Origin: the human T2T-CHM13v2.0 reference genome, Homo sapiens
Strand: one strand, 5' to 3'
Length of the DNA stretch: 64,000 nt
Assembly: GCF_009914755.1 (NCBI RefSeq)
Contig: NC_060930.1
Shown: one piece after another, positions 57,352 to 64,000 of the stretch
Layout: each line of letters starts with the position of its first letter
Numbering within the stretch: the stretch's first letter is position 1
The notes under the pieces: model-generated
Seen by the model: only the letters and a program-made list of their open reading frames with translations
Databases searched by the model: none
What the model was told of the DNA's origin: nothing
Position numbers and translations under genes: made by a program

Positions 57352-58129
57352 TTATGAAGTTTAGCACTTGGCTTATTTTTTGAAAGAATACTACCTTCTT
57401 TCCTGAATTTATATTTTCATCTCCCCTCCTCCAACTTTCTCTGGCAGTGCTTTTTGCAGCTGGACTCCCAATTTAGTCATCATAAAATCACTGTAGTCAT
57501 AAAACCTGCTTGGATAGCCCTGAGCATAACTTGTCAATTTTTATTTATTTCTTTGTTTACTTGTTTGGCAGTCTCTTCCACTACCTTAAAGATCTAAGGA
57601 GATAGGAATTGTGTATTTTTTTATTTACTAGTGTAAATCCTATTTGATTGTAAGTCCAGTGTTCTTTTTCCCACAATATACAGGTAGCAGAGGCAGAGAG
57701 GGGAGGTATGTCCCTGACACAAGGACCCTGGAAAAGAGATGGGAAAATTAGGAAATTTACCCACTCCTAAGGCTAACCAGAAAACTCCACGCTAGATAGC
57801 TGGTGTGAGGGCTGGGTCTGTAGGGAAGATGAGCTGGGAGCCAGAAGATGAAGTGTTCAGATGGATGATAAAGGAAAGTCTCAGCCAAGACAGGAGCTGG
57901 AGCTAGCTCTGAAACACATGGGAAGCTGGCAGGATGCGGTCAGAGGTCAGAGAGCGATCAGGGTTGGTTTAGGATAAATTTTGCTAAGTCAGGGTGTCTG
58001 AGGACAGATCTTTTTTTATTAACCATTTTGCATGCTCTTGTCCCGCAAGGACCTGTGCCTCCTTGCACATTCATTTTGCAGAAAGATGCCACTAGGAAAA
58101 TTTGAACTGAATAGGAAAAAAACTATCTG

Positions 58130-58720
58130 GTGAAATGAAAATGATCAGAACCTTAAATGAAACTGTGGCTTATCATTCCTTTCAACAGTCCAAAAAGGAA
58201 AATCCAGCATGAAGGCAAACAGATACTAGAGATTACCAAAAGTAGATTACAAAATGTGCAGTAAAAATTAAGTGGAAACCTTCAGAGATTGTTGAAAGGG
58301 AAAGTGTTCAAGAAGAATGGGAAGCTAAAAATTGAAACCAAAAGTATAACTATAAGCAATCAAATCAAAAGCAATTTTGATGAAGAAGAAAAAAGATAAC
58401 TAGAGATCTGTATAACTACAGGGAGAAGTTTTATTAGAGTTGCTTTTTAAAAAAAAATACATAAATAATGTAAGGAGGGGAATATAATCAAGTTCAGATG
58501 TAAACATGGCTTTAATTTATCTGTGAAAAACTAGCTCTGTGACAAAATAAGAGAAAGGAAAAGCTAGTTTCTAGAGTGAGTGGAAGATATTGCAAAAATT
58601 CTTAAGCTGTGGGAAATGGGTAAACAATAAAAGGATCTTTCAAAGCTATATTCTCAATGAAGACGAGCAGCAGGAGCCTGCTTTTTTCCAGTATTGATGT
58701 AACTTTTTAATAATATAAAA
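58130..58720 (+). mobile_element. L3/CR1 ORF2 fragment
   Basis: gaaagtgttcaagaagaatgggaagct (ESVQEEWEA) and aacaataaaaggatctttcaaagctatatt resemble L3 ORF2. Confidence 0.55.
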
Positions 58721-58960
58721 ACATAAGGCCTGGAAAGAAAATTTCTTCCTGTATATTCTATAATAACTCAGACTTATTAGTAGCATATTCTTTTGTTAAT
58801 AACTTTATACCCCACAATAAGCTTTTATATGCACTATTTTATTTAATAATATTTAACTACTTTCTCCTAACACATTTTCATAAATTAGAAAATCAACAGT
58901 CTTCCCTCTCTACCTTCTTAAGACACTTTAGTGTGCTGCTTTATCTCTACACAATCTTCA

Positions 58961-59362
<402 letters not shown>

Positions 59363-60974
59363 TTAAAGTAAAAATGCCTTTTTTCTCAGATCAATTTTTT
59401 CTTTTTAAGATACTTGCAAATTACATTTTCTCCACTGCCTACTTCATAGCTCAAGTCTGGCAATTTCAGCTGGAATTAGGAAGAGCTCGTGTGCTCAGCC
59501 TCAAAACCATGTCTACATTCCGACTGCCTGATTCTTCCTCTTACAGACCTCTCTGTACAACGTCTGTTGTGTTTCAGCTTTTTGACTCTTCAAATTAGCA
59601 TCTCTTCCATAAATTGGATTTTGATATTGTTTCACCCCAGTCAACATTCAGTAATAGAACTTATGTGAAACAGTTCTTCCTCTGTCCTTTGCACATTTTC
59701 TTTCATGTTCTGCATTTGATGATACTTTGCTCTTTCCTTTTCTTCTGAATCCTTGATTTGAAAAAAACTTTGTGTAGCTCTCTGTATATCTTACTAACTA
59801 AACTTTTCCAATTGATATGACTGTCTCCATCATTTCACCTACAGCCTCAATGAAACACTTTCCTCTAGGCATCTTGAGATAAGTGGCACATGATATTTTC
59901 TCATTCTATAATGGGGAAAGGCAGAGAGAGGCTAAGTGCCTTGACTATCTGAGTGAGGAGTTGATCTCCAAGGAGCTGTTTAATGAGTAGACATTAGTTT
60001 CTGTTGAGTTGGATGATCTATATTTGGACCATGTCATTATTAATAGTTTCACTTTCCTGAAAATTAGGTGTTCTCATAATTTGGAGTTCTGGCTAAATTA
60101 AAGATTGTCATTTTCCTTAGTTATGTTCTATTTTTCTGATATGTTATATTTGCTCCCACCTCTACATTAGTGGATGGTGGCTTTTCCAAAGGTTGTTGCT
60201 GTTTTCAGATTCTGTGTTCCCTAGAAGGGATCGAAGCCCTTGAAACATCACTGAGAATTTATTACTTATTGATTATTTCTTTCATTTTCTATCTAGGGTT
60301 TTGAATTGATATCATATCACTTTCAATGTAAAGAAATAAAGTGAGTATAGATTAGATTAAAAAAAATGAAAAGCATAATTAGAATTAGGATGTCCTAGAT
60401 GTTTTCTGGTCATCTTTTGAGAGCAGAAAATAATCAATATGTAGATCTACACATATAGGAAAAAATGCTAACCAGTCAAAGTGGAGAGGTGGGCATTTGC
60501 TTGAGTTTCTATGCATGTTAGAAACAGTTGCTCTTTGCTCCATTTTGTTGGATCCAAGTCATAACAAAGTGGTAGAATGTTCCTTGAAAGGGGAGGAGTA
60601 TGGGAGAGAATTGGGAAAAATGAAGCCACTGGTACAGAGACCTGGTCATTAGTCCAAAAAGATAGTTTCTTCCAGATAATGTACAAAAATAGAATGGATG
60701 TGGTGGGAGAAAGAACAGCCAGAAAGAAACAAGGCTGTGCAAATGCTTTATCTAGAAAATGTTAGCCCTCCCTGGCTAATCTTGAAACTGTTTGGAAAAA
60801 ATCGTTTAAACAAGCTACTTTCCAGTTCATGAGATCCTTTCCACTTTGTAGCAAGATTATGTGCTTTACATACACATTAGCAGCTTTGAGATTGTCTAAA
60901 TCATGCTTCATTGCTTTTCTCACACTCCAGGAAGAAGGGAGGTTGAGAATGGGGCCAGGGCTCCAGGCCTGATC

Positions 60975-61030
60975 CTTTCTCCTCTTCCTCCTCCTCCTTC
61001 TTCCTCTCCTCCTCTTCCTTCTTCTTCTTT
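60975..61030. repeat. (CCT)n/(CTT)n low-complexity tract
   Basis: Direct reading. Confidence 0.85.
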
Positions 61031-62794
61031 AAAAGTAAGTCTTCAGTACTGCTTCCCTTAAAGTCTTGCAATAACCTTATCTTGAGCTATAAGCACACAC
61101 AAATGAAGTATATTCCTTCATTTGATCCCATTTTTCTTTTTCCCACATTTCTCTAAAATAAACCAACATAATAAAGTCATAATTTGGAGTTCTGGCTAAA
61201 TTAAAGATTGACACACAATGTCATTACTCTTCATTCTTTGCTTTTGCAAGTCACGTGTGAGAAAGAAACATATTTCTATGGCCTTTTGACTGCCCTTGAT
61301 AAAATCTGTACTTAGGGAAATAGCAATATCAATAAATGCTAAATAATATTAACACAATGTATGCAGGGGTTTTTAAGCTTCACAGAAAAAAAAATTTAAG
61401 ACATGAATTTCCAGGAAAATTATTCTTGTAACTATCCCAAATGGTTTTTCTTTCCATCAAAAGAACAAATGGAAAAAAGTGCAAAAGCCAAATCAAACAA
61501 AATCCTTAGTGTGAAATATATTTTGGAGCATGTGGAATTAAATTTGCATTTTCAAATAAAAACAAATGCCCGTTTAAAAAGTCATCTAACTTTTGTCCTA
61601 CGAAGACAACCAGTAAAATATACTGTTTCCCTTTTCCCAGCATACTCATGTTTGGGAAAACATGATTATCTGAAGAGAAATTTACTTTTACTAAATTAGA
61701 GTTTGAGGGGGGAGTGTGGAAGGAATAATTACAGATTATCCTTTTATTCAATCTCTTCTCTTGGAAAGAAGAGAAGAAATGTTGAAAGCCAGAGAACTTT
61801 TCTAAAACGCTGTAGGGAATTTTTTTTTTCTGTAAATATCCAAGTCCAAAAGGAGATTTGCAAAATGTGGAGTTGGAGATTTGAACTCATACAATATTTC
61901 CTAATACAAATAAAAATCTGAACCTTTTAATGGCGACACAGTCCACACCATGAATGGTCAAAATCACTGGAGCTAATGTACAGGAAGGGGTTCCTCAGGG
62001 AACTGTGGCAAATTTTAGCATCTTCCTTTCCTTTTAGGGACTGGACACTCATCCTTAGGACTTGAGAATCATATGTGAAAATTATATAGACTTCCCACAG
62101 TCTACTGACACATTACAGAGATACTGGAAATATTAACCACACATGTTGTCTACATACTCTCTTTCTCATCATCATAAGCCACCTGTGTTCTCACTGACAC
62201 TGCAAATCCAGTAACCAAAACATCCTGTTAAAATTCTCTGGCCCTTCTTATCCATGTGCTGTCCTTTGCCACAGCTCCTAAATCCTCTTACCTTTGAAAA
62301 TCTTTCCTGCTACCCTTTAGAACCTCCATTCAGCCTCTTTCTCAAGTTGCTTTGTACATAGTGTCTTCATAGCAGCCTTGTAGGAACCTCAGCTTCCTCA
62401 CCCCAATCATTGTTTTCTTTTCTCCATTTGTATTGCTTTTCCTCCGGGGGTATCTGTTAATCCTCCATCAGTCTATTGACTTATGAATATAAAATCCATG
62501 CTACCTTTACATTGGAACACATAAGGTACCTAGAATTCCTTTTGACACCTAGTGGTGGCTCGATAAACACGGATGCACATCACGTTAGAGAAAAGGAGTT
62601 TTCTGAGTCCAGATTTCTTACATGAAAACAAATTTCAAATGAATAAATTTCTCACTGTTATTTTAGGATAGCTCTCTGCCAAAGACCTTTTATTATACAA
62701 AAGTTGAGAATGATTGAAGTTATTTTGCTTAATTTTTTGCCACTAAATTTGATGTGCCAAAGAAACTTCTAAAAAACAAAAAAGAAATGCATAA

Positions 62795-62912
62795 TATTCC
62801 CAGCTACTCAAGAGGCTGAGGTGGGAGGATTGCTTAAGCCCAGGAGGTCCAGGTTGCAGTGAGCCGTGATTGCACTCCAGCCTGGGTGACAGAGTGAGAA
62901 TTTGTCTAAAAA
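62795..62912 (+). mobile_element. AluJ/FRAM right-arm fragment
   Basis: tcccagctactcaagaggctgaggtgggaggattgcttaagcccagg. Confidence 0.9.
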
Positions 62913-63133
62913 GGAAGGAAGGAAGGAAAGAAGGAAGGAAGGAAAGAAGGAAGGAAGGAAGGAAAAGCAAGCAAGCAAGCAAGCAGGAAAGAAAGAAAGA
63001 AAGAGAAAGAAAGGAAAGAAAGAGAGAAAGAAAGGAAAGAAAAAAAGAAAGGGAGAAAGAAAAAGAGAGAAAGAAAGAAAGAAAGAGAGAAAGAAAGGAA
63101 AGGAAGAAAGAAAGAAGGAAAGGAAGGAAGGAA

Positions 63134-63187
<54 letters not shown>

Positions 63188-63189
63188 AA
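62908..63189. repeat. Compound (GGAA)n/(GCAA)n/(GAAA)n tract grown from the Alu tail
   Basis: About 280 bp, almost entirely purine on the + strand. Confidence 0.97.
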
Positions 63190-63960
63190 CCATGAAGGTA
63201 GCTGCCGTATTTCTATGAAACCTTCCCTCCAGAATTAGTTCCTTTTAGCATCTCATTCAGACACATGGAAAGCTTGTTTAAAATGACTTCACAAATTAGA
63301 CTTAATGAAGTGACTTGACTCAACTCCCCTCACCCTCAAGTGGTCTTTCCCTGCATCAGAGTCCCTTTAGTTTCGGATGTCACTCATGACATAGAATGAA
63401 CATTTAAAAGATGAGGAGGCAGCCACTGGCTATCACATTTTTCTGAGATGTGTGAAATATGATTCTAATATTAATAATAATAATTAACAAACAATAATAT
63501 CCTAATATAATTATTAATCATGAATTATTAATACATAATCATATCATTATTTTCTCTTAGTCTAATTTATAGGTTCAGATGTGTGCATGCATGTGTGTCA
63601 GTGGCACTCAGAGAGGAGATTTAAATAGAGAGTGGGAAGGGAGATAAAAGATAACTGCTGCAGCACTGGAGCAAGAAGCCAAGGGGAGGTATCCGTTAAA
63701 AACTTTTTGGGATGTGAACCTTTTGTTTTTCTAGATTCTGGATGCCGGAACATCTGTTTTTTGAGATGCATCTGTAGGAGCATTTTTGTGTGGAATATTT
63801 GAAAGTTATCTTGAAAGTAAAGGTCAGAGACAGGAATTGAAACAGGGCTTAATTCTTAAACAAGAAGGTATAAGATATTGCAGTTGATGGAACTGTGGTG
63901 AGCATGTTCCCCAAGGGTGGTGAGCATGTCTGTGTGGGCATAGAAGATACATGTACGAAC

Positions 63961-64000
63961 ATTTTTATTTTATTTTATTTAGATGGAGTTTCACTCTTGT
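63961..64000 (-). mobile_element. Alu 3' end (Sp/Sq-like), cut by window end
   Basis: (atttt)n then agatggagtttcactcttgt. Confidence 0.85.

Noticed and set aside
62870-63238. K/E/R-rich and F/L/S-rich ORFs
   Set aside because: Translation of the GAAA/GGAA microsatellite.

Overview
Primate, almost certainly human, non-coding genomic DNA (intronic or intergenic). The evidence is about 19 Alu copies or fragments (J, S and Sc8/Y-like), L1PA/L1MA/L1ME, L2, L3, MIR, MaLR/ERV LTRs and MER/Tigger/Charlie DNA transposons. I find no credible protein-coding exon, RNA gene or CpG island and cannot name the locus; the ORF track is explained by repeats or chance. Repeat family names come from recalled consensus sequences and need RepeatMasker/Dfam confirmation. 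The most notable structures are: (1) a near full-length, heavily decayed hAT (Ac/ZBED-type) transposase fossil at ~33.9-37.5 kb, nested in an old L1, with BED finger, catalytic-core and C-terminal dimerisation motifs still readable in order; (2) a ~1.2 kb AP-1-rich duplicated block (44.2-45.4 and 50.4-51.9 kb) whose identity rises from ~80% at the edges to ~98% in the core, suggesting repeated gene conversion; (3) five locally templated insertion scars, including an inverted 142-bp copy inside an MLT1A LTR and an exact 60-bp patch inside Tigger1; (4) an L1PA with a short 3' transduction, a twin-primed L1, and an AT-rich palindrome with 60-bp arms; (5) several candidate enhancers and non-coding exons. 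I do not see evidence for a wholly new biological system; the hAT fossil and the homogenised duplicated module are the best leads.
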